A stretch of DNA of 22,668 nucleotides. Source: Pedosphaera sp. GTDB lineage: Bacteria; Verrucomicrobiota; Verrucomicrobiia; Limisphaerales; SIBH01. The notes beneath the pieces were generated by a model. It searched no databases, was not told where the DNA came from, and saw nothing but the letters and a program-made list of their open reading frames with translations. Below are positions 1 to 9,165 of this stretch, piece by piece. The translations under genes and the position numbers were made by a program. Each line of letters opens with the position of its first letter. The stretch's first letter is position 1. Where the stretch lies: positions 1 through 22,668 of the forward strand of contig JANOQV010000296.1 of NCBI GenBank assembly GCA_031414955.1. The letters are read 5' to 3'.

Positions 1-88
1 TCCTCAGCGCGCCGGGGTGAGGCGTGAACCAGTCGGAGGTTGCCCGGCAAGTCGTGGCCCGGCGCGCTGAGGACAGCGTCGCCCTACC
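1..88. repeat. GTAG-family REP-like doublet (long hairpin), truncated by the window start
   Basis: Perfect 16-bp inverted repeat TCCTCAGCGCGCCGGG (1-16) / CCCGGCGCGCTGAGGA (58-73), followed by ...GCCCTACC (reverse complement GGTAGGGC, the GTAG REP foot). Lies just downstream of the OPT stop codon. Confidence 0.7.
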
Positions 89-125
89 GTCGCCAATTCA
101 TTCATCCTGTTCGGCGGCTGGGATG

Positions 126-2423
126 TTACCCCGTTGCAGACTTCGCTTTTTGCGCTCCACCCATGATCAACCCGCGTCCCGTGAGGTAGAGAATCACTAC
201 CAGTGCCGCGAATGGAATGAGCGCGAGCACGTCGGGTGGGATGTGGGCCGGCGACAATTGGGTGAGGAATGGATTGTTCGCCTCGGCCCATTTGCCCAAA
301 CGGTCGTTGAAGTCGCTCAGTGAAGGCACGCCAGCCATGAGTGCGATGACGATGCCCGCAATCGCGCCACCCGCGATGTAGCCCGAGGCCATCAGCACGC
401 CGGGACTCTTGTCGCCCTCAGCCACATGTTCCTCCTCAGTCAGGTGCGCCGAGTCGGCGTGCCGGCGGCGTTGCCAGTCCACCAGCCAGCGCACCATGCC
501 GCCGACAAAGATGGGCATGGACGTGGCGATGGGCAGATACACACCGACCGCAAACGCCAGCGAGGGAATGCCGGACATCTCCAGCACCACGGCGATCATC
601 ACGCCGAAGAGCACCAGTCCCCACGGCAGTTCGCGGTCGAGAATGCCCTTGATGATGTACGACACGAGCGTGGCCTTGGGCGCGTCGAACTTCTTCACTT
701 CGCTGCCGTCGGGGCGCTTGGTCACGGTGCCGTTGATGCCGGGATCGACGAGGTAAATCGCCTTGCCGGTATCATCGACGAGATACTGCTTCGCACCTCC
801 CGCCTCTTTGTGGTGCCAGACCTTGTAAGTCTTGGCGTCCGTGCGCGATTGCGGCCCGGTCAGCTTCGCGGTCTCGGTCAACTTCGAGGCATCCGTGCTC
901 AAAGCGGTGGTGACCGGGACATAAACTTTGGCGGCGTCGTTCAGCATCAGCAGAATCGGCCCGAGGATGAGTGCCGAACACAGTGCGCCGATCAGAATCG
1001 CAATCTGCTGCGCGCGCGGCGTGCCACCGACGAGGAAGCCGGTCTTGAGATCTTGCGAGGTGCTCCCGCCGTTTGACGACGCGATGCAAACGATGCCGCC
1101 GACCGAGAGCGCGGTGACATAGACGAGCGGATTCTTGTCCGGCGTCCAGCCGAGCATCAGGAACACGAGGCAGGTCAGCAGCAGCGTGGCCACCGTCATG
1201 CCGGAGATGGGATTCGAGCTGGAGCCAATTTCGCCGGTGAGCCGCGAGGAGACGGTCACAAAGAGAAAGCCACAGACCACGATCATCAGCGCGCCCACGA
1301 TGTTCATGTGCAGGCTCGGTGCGAGGAGAATGGCGAGGATGAGGACCGCGATGCCGATGAACACGAACTTCATCGGCAAGTCTTGATCGACCCGCGGCAG
1401 GCTGGCGCGGCTTTGCGCGGTGCCGCTAAAATCACGCATGCCTCCCCGGATGCCGTGCCAGATGAGCGGAAGCGAACGCACGAGGCTGATGATACCGCCC
1501 GCCGCCACCGCGCCCGCGCCGATGTAGAGGATGTAAGCACTGCGAATCGCGCCGGGGCTCATGTCCTTGATCGGCACGCTGCCGGGTGCCAGCGGACCGG
1601 CCAATCCCTCGCCAAAGAATTTGATCATCGGGATGAGCAGCAGATACGAGAGCACCCCGCCGGCAGCCATGATGGCTCCGATGCGCGGCCCAATCACGTA
1701 ACCGACGCCGAGCAACTCGGGCGTGATTTCGCAGGAGACCGATCCGCCCTTGAGCGGCGCGGAAAAGATTTTCTCCGGCGCATCCTTCCAGCGCGGGAAG
1801 ACCTTCATGGCCACGTTGTAGAGAATGCCGAGGCCGAAGCCCGCGAAGATGGTCTTGGCGCCGACGGAAGCGGCGTTGCCCAACACTGCTGTTCCCGCCT
1901 TGGCCGCCACGGCCCGTGATTCCTCGGAGGCGCCGGCCTTGAGCACTTCGGCGCAGGCAGTGCCCTCCGGATATTTCAGGATGCCGTGCTGCTGCACAAT
2001 GAGCGCACGGCGCAGCGGAATCATCATGAGAATGCCCAGCAACGCGCCGAGCACCGAGACGAGAATCACGCGCGCGATCTCCAGATCGAAACCCAGAATC
2101 AGAATCGCCGGCATGGTCACGCCCACGCCGAACGCGATGGACTCACCCGCCGAGCCGGCGGTCTGCACCACATTGTTCTCCAGGATGGTCGCGTCCCTCA
2201 TGCCGAACTTGTGGAGCATTTTGAACAGCGCGATGGAAATGACCGCCACCGGAATGGACGCACTGACAGTGAGGCCGGTCTTGAGCACGAGATACAACGA
2301 CGACGCGCCGAAGATCATCCCCAGCACCGTGCCGACGAGGAGCGGCAATGGTTTCAACTCGTCCATCTGGACCGAGGACGGGATGTAGGGTTTGAACGCG
2401 GAGGGGTCGGGTTTCGTGCTCAT
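126..2423 (-). CDS. OPT/YSL-family oligopeptide transporter (765 aa)
   Basis: Many TM segments. OPT motifs YLVLKTGLTVSASIP, ENNVVQTAGSAGES, LKYPEGTACAEVL, GSSSNPISGMT, SQDLKTGFLVGGTP, APKATL. Confidence 0.95.
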   Translation of the reverse strand: MSTKPDPSAFKPYIPSSVQMDELKPLPLLVGTVLGMIFGASSLYLVLKTGLTVSASIPVAVISIALFKMLHKFGMRDATILENNVVQTAGSAGESIAFGVGVTMPAILILGFDLEIARVILVSVLGALLGILMMIPLRRALIVQQHGILKYPEGTACAEVLKAGASEESRAVAAKAGTAVLGNAASVGAKTIFAGFGLGILYNVAMKVFPRWKDAPEKIFSAPLKGGSVSCEITPELLGVGYVIGPRIGAIMAAGGVLSYLLLIPMIKFFGEGLAGPLAPGSVPIKDMSPGAIRSAYILYIGAGAVAAGGIISLVRSLPLIWHGIRGGMRDFSGTAQSRASLPRVDQDLPMKFVFIGIAVLILAILLAPSLHMNIVGALMIVVCGFLFVTVSSRLTGEIGSSSNPISGMTVATLLLTCLVFLMLGWTPDKNPLVYVTALSVGGIVCIASSNGGSTSQDLKTGFLVGGTPRAQQIAILIGALCSALILGPILLMLNDAAKVYVPVTTALSTDASKLTETAKLTGPQSRTDAKTYKVWHHKEAGGAKQYLVDDTGKAIYLVDPGINGTVTKRPDGSEVKKFDAPKATLVSYIIKGILDRELPWGLVLFGVMIAVVLEMSGIPSLAFAVGVYLPIATSMPIFVGGMVRWLVDWQRRRHADSAHLTEEEHVAEGDKSPGVLMASGYIAGGAIAGIVIALMAGVPSLSDFNDRLGKWAEANNPFLTQLSPAHIPPDVLALIPFAALVVILYLTGRGLIMGGAQKAKSATG

Positions 2424-2441
2424 GGGTTGGAGTGTTGCGAC

Positions 2442-4529
2442 TTATTTCCCGAGCTTGCCCGTGCTGAGTTCCTTCACCAGCTTGTCGGCGCGGTAAACCT
2501 TCTTCAGCGCTTCCACGATGCCGCGTGAATCGACGGAGACGGCGCGCGCTACCTGGTCGGTGTAGGCGTAATCGAGCACGAGCGACTGGATGTTGCCATC
2601 GAAGATGATGCCGACGAACTCGCCCTTACGATCGACGACCGGGCTGCCGGAGTTGCCACCGATGATGTCCGCCGTGGAGACGAAGTTGAACGGCGTCTTG
2701 AGATCGAGCTTCGACTTCCGGTCCACCCAGATTTTCGGCAGGTCGAAGGGCGGGCGGTTCTCCTGCTCCTTCGCGCGCTCGTAGAGGCCGGCGAACGTCG
2801 TGTGCGGGGCGACTTGCTTCCCGCCTTCCTCGAAGCCCTTCACCGTACCGTAGGCCAGGCGCAACGTGAACGTGGCGTCGGGATAACTGCTCGTGCCTTC
2901 GAGGGCGAAGCGGGCTTTGGCGATTTTTGCGTGCGACTGCTGCTTGGCCTCGCCCTGAGCTTCCATGATTTTTCGGAGCGCACGAGCTTCGCCATCCACG
3001 GACTTCGCCAGCGCGATCATAGGATCGTTCGAGGCGTCCACGGCGGACTGACCACCTTCGTAGAGCTTCTTGCGGAGGGCCACGTCCTTGACCTTGGTGC
3101 CCTTGATGAGTTCCACGGCGCGGGCGTTGGGCGACTTGCCGGCCAGCACCTTCTGCACGAGCGGCGAAGTCGCGCCCATTTCCTCGGCGAGGTAAGTGAG
3201 CGAGTCGGTGAGCAGCAGCTCTTCGAGGTCATCGTAAACGGGCTTGTCCGAAAACAGGCCGAGTTCGAACGACTCGCGGCTGGAGTCGGTGAATTCGCGC
3301 AATCGATCGCCATTGGGCTTGGGGCGTTCCTCGGCGGCGCGCAACAACGTGCGGGCGGTGTGGAAGAATTCGCTGTTAAACGCCGAACCGCTTTCGAGCA
3401 GGTTGTACTGGCGCGCATTCTCGGCGATCACCTTCTGCGCTGCGGCGATGCGGTCGAATGCGGCCAGTGCATCCTTCAGGTCTTCGCGCCCGGCGATCTT
3501 TTCACGCAGCGTCTTCTCCGCCGCAGCCTTCTTGCCCATCAACTCCGGGTCGAGCAACCCGCCCAGTCCGCCCTTGCGCGCCTTGCGGCTGTTCTGCACG
3601 CCGAAAAGATCGTCCTTGGCCCGGCGGGCGTTCTCCTGACTGCGCCCGCTCCAAGAGGTGAGAATGGATTCAAGCCGGAAGAGCCGTTGCAGCGTGCGCG
3701 GCGCCTGGACGTCCCGCACGTATTCCAACTCCGCCATCGTGAAGAGCCGGCTGGTGCGGCCCGGATGACCGGACACGAAAATCAAATCGCCGTCCTTCGT
3801 GCCGGCCTGGCTCCACTTGAGGTAGTGCTGAATCTTCGCCGGCTTGCCGTCCTCGTAGGCGCGGAAGAAACACACGTCGAGGTCGAAGCGCGGATACTCG
3901 AAGTTGTCCGGGTCGCCGCCGTAGAAGGCAATCTGCTGCTCCGGCGCAAAGACCACACGCACGTCGGTGTAGCGCTTGAAGCGATAGAGATGATAACGAC
4001 CGCCTTGATACAGCGTGACCACGTCGCTGCGCTGGCCGGACTTGTCCTTCGACTCCTTCTCGATGGCGGCCATGACTGCGCGGCGGGCCTTGAAGGATTC
4101 CTCGTCGGAAGCACCAGCCTTCACTGCGGCGTTCACGCGCGCCGTTACATCCTCAATGCTCATGAGCACATTCAGTTCGAGGTCGGGCGCCTTGATTTCC
4201 TCGGCCAGCGTCTTCGCATAGAAACCCTTCTTCAGATAATCATTCTCCTTGGTGCCGACCTTCTGGAGCGTGTCCGCGCCGACGTGGTGATTGGAGAGAA
4301 TCAATCCATCCTCGGAGATGAACTCGCCCGAGCCGCCGCTGTTGAAACGCACGGAAGACTTCTGCAAATGCTCCAGCCACGCGTCGGTGGCGTCGAAGCC
4401 GTAGCGCTCCTTCAATTGTTGGCGCGGCGGATCGCTGTAGAGCCACATGCCCTCGTCGGCGCGCGTGCTGGCGGCAGTGGCGAGAAGAAGTCCCAATCCC
4501 AGAGGAAGCAGTGAGCGTTTCGTGTTCAT
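2442..4529 (-). CDS. S46-family dipeptidyl peptidase (DPP7/DAP BII-like), secreted, 695 aa
   Basis: Signal peptide MNTKRSLLPLGLGLLLATAASTRA followed by the family N-terminus DEGMW. Motifs SNHHV (catalytic His), GGDPDNFEYPR, YPDATFTLRLAYG, DIIGGNSGSPV (catalytic Ser). Start moved from 4889 to the ATG at 4529. Confidence 0.95.
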   Translation of the reverse strand: MNTKRSLLPLGLGLLLATAASTRADEGMWLYSDPPRQQLKERYGFDATDAWLEHLQKSSVRFNSGGSGEFISEDGLILSNHHVGADTLQKVGTKENDYLKKGFYAKTLAEEIKAPDLELNVLMSIEDVTARVNAAVKAGASDEESFKARRAVMAAIEKESKDKSGQRSDVVTLYQGGRYHLYRFKRYTDVRVVFAPEQQIAFYGGDPDNFEYPRFDLDVCFFRAYEDGKPAKIQHYLKWSQAGTKDGDLIFVSGHPGRTSRLFTMAELEYVRDVQAPRTLQRLFRLESILTSWSGRSQENARRAKDDLFGVQNSRKARKGGLGGLLDPELMGKKAAAEKTLREKIAGREDLKDALAAFDRIAAAQKVIAENARQYNLLESGSAFNSEFFHTARTLLRAAEERPKPNGDRLREFTDSSRESFELGLFSDKPVYDDLEELLLTDSLTYLAEEMGATSPLVQKVLAGKSPNARAVELIKGTKVKDVALRKKLYEGGQSAVDASNDPMIALAKSVDGEARALRKIMEAQGEAKQQSHAKIAKARFALEGTSSYPDATFTLRLAYGTVKGFEEGGKQVAPHTTFAGLYERAKEQENRPPFDLPKIWVDRKSKLDLKTPFNFVSTADIIGGNSGSPVVDRKGEFVGIIFDGNIQSLVLDYAYTDQVARAVSVDSRGIVEALKKVYRADKLVKELSTGKLGK

Positions 4530-5125
4530 GTTTGTCTTTGGCTGGCGCGGAGTATTCCGGGAGAGACGCGCGGCATCAATAGGGGAATCGCTGGCGCTGA
4601 ATTTGAGGTTGGCCGCTGGAACCACGCACCGGATTATGAGCGGGTCCGGTTGGATGGCACCGCCTTCCGCAGCGCATCGAATCGGACCGATTGGAAAGGC
4701 GCGGGGAGCAAGTGACGTCCATTCTTTTGTTCTGCTGGCTCGGTAAAACCGCGGCTTGCCAAAGGCCTCGGAACGAGCCTGAATCCAACGCACATGCACC
4801 GGGCCAGAACAAACCAAACCAGGCCGACCGAAGCGACGAGGCTGTTCCTCCGTGCTCCTCAACCCGCACAACACCCATGAGCCGACCATGGGGCAACATG
4901 AGCAGCGGTAATCCTCACGATCATCTGGGGGGCCACGCCAGGCCCGATGGGGATTGGCGACGCTTCGGCTCCCAGCCGGGCGGCCAGCACCATGGGGCGC
5001 CCGAGCAGCACGCCTGGAACACTCGGAGTGAATGACGCGGCCTGCACTTTGGCCTCGGGGCCGCTGGTTCTGCCCTTGGACGAGACAGGCTGTTCAGAGT
5101 TTGGTCCCCACGACTTCATGCTGCT

Positions 5126-5443
5126 TTACCGGCACTCCGTGTCGGCAATGTTCAGCACGCCCAGTCGCAGCTCGGCGTGGCGGCGCGGGAAGCGGTAGCC
5201 CACGAAGACATTGTGCTGCCAGAAATCCTCGTCGCGCATTCCGGTCGAGTGCTCGTTGTCCTGGTGGAACCACACCGATTCCCATTGTCCGAACACGCCG
5301 CTGGAGTAATGGAGGTTCGCCGTGAGCGCGAGCTGGTGCAGCAGGGCGCGGTTCTCGCGTTCGAGGCTGGCCAGGCCGGGCGTGCCGTTCGGAATCTGCG
5401 GGAAGCACGTCTCCAACTGAGCGTCGCTCACACGATAGCGCGC
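5126..5443 (-). pseudogene. C-terminal remnant of a TonB-dependent-receptor-like outer membrane beta-barrel protein
   Basis: Alternating beta-strand pattern and the TBDR C-terminal signature FWQHNVFVGYRF...ELRLGVLNIAD. No N-terminus and no final aromatic-ending strand (stops at DTECR*). Confidence 0.7.
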
Positions 5444-5741
5444 ACGCCGACGGCGGTGAGCCGTTGCACCAGCTTCGCGTGCAACTCGCGCGGCCAGGGC
5501 TGGGCCGGGTCCAACTTTTCGTGCTGGTAGGAATCCAGATCGAGGAAGACCAGCACCACCGGGCTGTTGGTGAGTGGAGCGGCTTCGGTGTTAATCTGAT
5601 GCAACGAATCGTAGCTGGCCCGGGCGAACTGGCTGCCGGAAGGAAGCGCGGGAGAGACAAAATGAGACCCAACAGCGCCGCCACCGTGGCTGTCAACAGC
5701 CCTGCCAAGGGACGCGACGTGAACAACGCGTCCAATTTCAT
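5428..5741 (-). pseudogene. N-terminal remnant of a CHASE2-domain membrane sensor, frameshifted and truncated
   Basis: ATG at 5741 overlaps the CDF stop (ATGA) and gives a TM helix (MKLDALFTSRPLAGLLTATVAALLGLILSL). After a frameshift near 5638 it reads SYDSLH...PVVLVFLDLDSY...QPWPRELHAKLVQRLTAVGVRAIV*, the CHASE2 PWPR motif, and stops where FD is expected. Confidence 0.8.
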
Positions 5742-6649
5742 TCGGAAAGCCGGGCGGCCGAGGTTTTCCGGCTCGGCTCGATGTGGATCAACACGTCGCG
5801 GATGCGTGGGAGTTCCACCCGCAACCGGTCCTTCACTTCGTGCGCCACGGCGTGGGATCGTGCCACCGTCATCTCCGGGTCCACATGGACGTGGAGATCG
5901 ACGTAGAACCAGTAGCCGTGCCGGCGCACGATGCACTTCTCGACACAGGCGACCTCCGGCACGCTCGCCGCGAGAGTGGAGATTTGTTGGCGGAAATCCG
6001 CTGGGGCCGCCGCGTCCATCAATTCATCCATGGCCGGCCGCCCGATGCGGATTCCGTTCCAAGCGATCACCACCGCAGCGAGCAGCGCCGCCACGTCGTC
6101 CGCCCATTCGTAGCCCGGCCCGCCGACCAGGGCGATGATGATGCCGATGGCGGCGGCCAGTGAAGTGATGGCGTCGCTGCGATGATGCCAGGCGTCGCCT
6201 TTCACAGCGGTGCTTTCCACTTCGTGGCCGGTCTGAAGCACGCGGCGAAAGAGCGATTCCTTGATCGCGATGACCGCAATCAGAACCGCCAGCGTATAGG
6301 GCGCAGGCGTCTGGTGAGGGGTGATGATTTGGTGAATGCTCTCCGCCGCGATCCAGATCGCTGCGGCCACCAGCAGCACGGCCACGATGCCGGTGGCGAC
6401 GGCCTCGGCCTTGCCGTGACCGTAGGGATGGTTCTCGTCCTCCGGCGTGGCCGCCACGACAAGACCGCGCCAGACAATGACCGAACTCAGAATGTCGGCC
6501 AGCGACTCGATGCCGTCGGCGATGAGCGCCTGCGAATGGCCCGCGACCCCGGCGGTGATTTTGCCGGCGGCGAGCAGGGAGTTGATGACCACGCCAAGCG
6601 AGGTGGCGCGCAGGCTGCGGCTCAAGCGATGTTCCGTCGCATTGGTCAT
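5738..6649 (-). CDS. Cation diffusion facilitator (FieF/MamM-like) transporter
   Basis: SQALIADGIESLAD, DENHPYGHGKAE, DAWHHRSD and the C-terminal dimerisation domain ending DVLIHIEP. Confidence 0.95.
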   Translation of the reverse strand: MTNATEHRLSRSLRATSLGVVINSLLAAGKITAGVAGHSQALIADGIESLADILSSVIVWRGLVVAATPEDENHPYGHGKAEAVATGIVAVLLVAAAIWIAAESIHQIITPHQTPAPYTLAVLIAVIAIKESLFRRVLQTGHEVESTAVKGDAWHHRSDAITSLAAAIGIIIALVGGPGYEWADDVAALLAAVVIAWNGIRIGRPAMDELMDAAAPADFRQQISTLAASVPEVACVEKCIVRRHGYWFYVDLHVHVDPEMTVARSHAVAHEVKDRLRVELPRIRDVLIHIEPSRKTSAARLSE

Positions 6650-6733
6650 CTGCGCGCGAGCCTAGCACCGGGCCGCGCGGGCGTCTTCTCGATTTATGGG
6701 CGGAAGATCGGGCGGAGCACGAGCAGTGGAAAA

Positions 6734-8056
6734 CTACAAGGACACGACCGGCGCGGCCGGGCTCTGCTCTTCCAATCGTCGCAACCAGGCCGTCAGGAAT
6801 GATTGCTCAGAGGTCACAGCGGCAAGCTGGATGGCACGGCGCAAGTGATCGGCGGCAGCGGAGAAGTCCTCGCGCTGGAGGGCGAACTCGGCCAGTACAG
6901 TGTAGAGCAGGTGATAGGATTCGAGCGACCCGCGTTTGGGCATGGACTCGATGGCCTCGGCGCCCGCCGCCGGCCCGTGAACTTCGGCCACGGCCACGGC
7001 GCGGTTCAGCGCGACAACCGGCGAATCATCCAGTGCCACCAGCCGGTCGTAGAGCGCGAGGATTTGCGGCCAGTCGGTCGAGGCGTAATCAACCGCCGCG
7101 CAGTGGCAGGCCGCGATGCCAGCCTGGAGATGATAGGCCGTCAGTTGGTCGCCGGCCGCGGATTGACCGAGATGGAGGAGACCGCGTGCCATCATGCCCT
7201 GATTCCACATCAAGCGATCCTGTTCTTTCAGCCGCAACATGTTGCCCTCAGTGTCAGTGCGGGCGGACAACCGCGCGGTGTTGAGCCACATGAGGGCTAG
7301 CAGCGCGCGGGTGCGAGGCTGATCCCCGATGGGCTGCGCCGCCAGCAATTCGGTCAGGCGGATCGCCTCCTGACAGAGATCCTCCCGGACCAATCGGTCG
7401 CCGCTCGACGCCTTGTATCCCTCGTTGAAAAGCAGGTAGAGCGTTTGCAGCACGCTGTCGAGCCGGGCGGACAATTCCTCGCCGGAGGGAATCTCGAAAG
7501 GGATTTCCTGCTCGCGAATTCTCTGCCGGGCGCGCACGAGCCGCTTGGCAATCGCGGCCTCGGTGGTGAGAAAGGCTTTGGCGATTTCGGCCGGGCTGAA
7601 ACCGCACAGCGTCTTGAGCGCGAGCGCGGTTTGCGAATCCTGCGGAATGAACGGATGCCAGCAGGCGAACATAAGCTGGAGCCGGCGATCCTTGATCTCG
7701 CTGTCGAAGGCCGGTGATTCATCCGGGTCGCAATCGCCGGCCCATTGCTCGATAAAGGCGATGATTTGCGGCTGCTTGTCCGAGAACAGTTTCTCGCGGC
7801 GGATTACATCCAGCGCCAGGTTCTTCGCCGTCTGCGTGAGCCACGCGGCGGGATTCTTCGGCACGCCGTAGTAAGGCCACGTCTGGAGCGCCTTCACCAT
7901 CGCCTCCTGCACCACGTCCTCGGCCAGTTGCAGGCGGTCGATGCCGAAGATGCCGGTCAGCACCGAGACCAGCTTGCCCGCCTCGTGCCGGAACAGATGC
8001 TCCGCCAGTTGCGCGATGCCGCCGGTGGGCGCGCCGTTGTTCCCCGCCCCGCTCAC
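6734..8056 (-). CDS. ECF sigma factor, group ECF42 type (C-terminal TPR-like extension), about 440 aa
   Basis: Region 2 LAEDVVQEAMVKALQTWP...NPAAWL, region 4 LKTLCGFSPAEIAKAF...KRLVRA, extension LYLLFNEGY, YHLQAGIAACH, DWPQILALY, SPVVALNRAVA. GTG start at 8056 overlaps the DGPF gene stop (GTGA). Confidence 0.93.
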   Translation of the reverse strand: MSGAGNNGAPTGGIAQLAEHLFRHEAGKLVSVLTGIFGIDRLQLAEDVVQEAMVKALQTWPYYGVPKNPAAWLTQTAKNLALDVIRREKLFSDKQPQIIAFIEQWAGDCDPDESPAFDSEIKDRRLQLMFACWHPFIPQDSQTALALKTLCGFSPAEIAKAFLTTEAAIAKRLVRARQRIREQEIPFEIPSGEELSARLDSVLQTLYLLFNEGYKASSGDRLVREDLCQEAIRLTELLAAQPIGDQPRTRALLALMWLNTARLSARTDTEGNMLRLKEQDRLMWNQGMMARGLLHLGQSAAGDQLTAYHLQAGIAACHCAAVDYASTDWPQILALYDRLVALDDSPVVALNRAVAVAEVHGPAAGAEAIESMPKRGSLESYHLLYTVLAEFALQREDFSAAADHLRRAIQLAAVTSEQSFLTAWLRRLEEQSPAAPVVSL

Positions 8057-8478
8057 TTCGCGCCGACGGTCTCGTGGTAAATGTCCGCCGTGATGATGCC
8101 GTCGTTCACCGCGCGCGCCCGCACCGAACACATCTCGGCCACCGGACGCACCTCGACCACCGCGCCATACGCCAGCCCCGGACACTGCCGCGCGATGGCG
8201 ATGGCCTCCGCCTCATCCGCCACCTGCAAATAAAAGTAGCCACCGATGGCTTCCTTGGATTCCGCGAACGGGCCGTCCGCGACCTGGCCGCCCTTGCCCG
8301 AGACCATCTTGCCCGAGTTTTGCAATGGATGGCCGCCGAGACAGCGCCCCTCCTCCTTCAGCCGCTCGAACCACGCATACCAGTCGGACACGACCTTCTG
8401 GATTTGCTCGGGCGAAAGGCCCTTGTCCCAATTGGTGCCTCGGAACAGCAGCATGTAATCAACTTTTGGTGTGCTCAT
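8053..8478 (-). CDS. YCII-related DGPF-domain protein
   Basis: YMLLFRG N-terminus, DGPFAESKEAIGGYFYL, VEVRPV. This is the usual partner gene of ECF42. ATG at 8478. Confidence 0.92.
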   Translation of the reverse strand: MSTPKVDYMLLFRGTNWDKGLSPEQIQKVVSDWYAWFERLKEEGRCLGGHPLQNSGKMVSGKGGQVADGPFAESKEAIGGYFYLQVADEAEAIAIARQCPGLAYGAVVEVRPVAEMCSVRARAVNDGIITADIYHETVGAK

Positions 8479-8525
8479 AAATTTTGGTTGGTTGGTGAAA
8501 TCAGTCGGCGCAATCAAACCGGCTC

Positions 8526-8938
8526 TCAGGCCGTTACCAGCCTCATGGGCTGGGCGGGTTTGTGCCGGGTGAAAATCGGGCATTCGAGCAGCAACGGCCG
8601 CACCTCCACGCTCACCCCGCGCGCCAACGCCGGGTAGCCCCGCGCCAGTTCCGTGGCCTCGTCCAGGCTGGCCGCGCGCACGATCAAGTAGCCGCCCACC
8701 GCCTCCTTCGACTCGACGTACGGGCCGTCCATCACCCCGCGCTCTCTGGCCCCGGAGACCAGCCGGCCCTGCCGATCCAGCGGCTGCTCGCCCTGCATGT
8801 TGCCCCGTCCACCAGCCCGTTGTGCCACGCGATCACCTTGTCCATCAGCCGCTGCACTTCCTCGGGCGGCAGACCCTCGTCCCAGTCCTTGCCCCGGAAC
8901 CGCATCAGGTAATCCGACATCGGTTTGGTCTCACTCAT
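8526..8938 (-). pseudogene. Second YCII/DGPF paralogue with a 1-nt frameshift near 8808
   Basis: 5' half MSETKPMSDYLMRFRGKDWDEGLPPEEVQRLMDKVIAWHNGLV (GAGGAG RBS upstream). 3' half in another frame RGNMQGEQPL...DGPYVESKEAVGGYLIV...VEVRP. Both halves are colinear with the neighbouring paralogue. Confidence 0.85.
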
Positions 8939-8981
8939 CGTCTCCTCGCTGGCTTTGAATTTCGTCGGCATTCGACATCAC

Positions 8982-9008
8982 GACGAACGGGCCGGCACCG
9001 GGAGGACA
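8982..9008 (-). promoter_or_regulatory. ECF42/41-type promoter for the DGPF-DGPF-sigma operon
   Basis: Minus strand TGTC-ctcccggtgccggcccg-TT-CGTC (-35 TGTC, 19 nt, -10 CGTC). Same architecture as 13070-13096. Confidence 0.7.
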
Positions 9009-9062
9009 AACTTTTTGGGAACGTCCGGGCTGGGGATGGAGGGAAGCGGTCTAGCAGCTCGG

Positions 9063-9155
9063 ACCCAGCAGCCCAAGCTCAACGACCCGGCCCGCGGGAG
9101 GCGTGAAGGCAAGCGGAGCGCGATGGCCGTGCCCGCTACAGTGCGTGGAGGCAGC
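9063..9155 (-). mobile_element. Degenerate integron attC-like site
   Basis: 93-bp imperfect palindrome starting 10 nt after the stop of the 9166-9540 ORF: GCTGCCTCCACGCACTGTAGCGGGCACGGCCATCGCG...CGCGGGCCGGGTCGTTGAGCTTGGGCTGCTGGGT. L-box-like pair CTGTAGCG/CGTTGAGC. Both R boxes deviate from RYYYAAC/GTTRRRY. Confidence 0.6.
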
Positions 9156-9165
9156 TTTGTCACGA

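Noticed and set aside
2802..4514. Long antisense ORFs (2802-4514, 11543-13030, 13045-14073, 14130-15299, 15714-17090, 17289-18185 and similar)
   Set aside because: They are shadows of well-supported genes on the opposite strand, expected with high-GC codon bias, and show no family motifs.
4530..4889. N-terminal extensions in the ORF track (S46 to 4889, sigma to 8185, doxX to 15677, nagA to 18734, ABC-F to 21694, antitoxin from 21434)
   Set aside because: The extensions are low-complexity, overlap other genes or repeats, and precede the recognisable family N-termini.
4700..5125. Short ORFs between the S46 gene and the TBDR remnant
   Set aside because: No recognisable motif in the frames I read; left unannotated.
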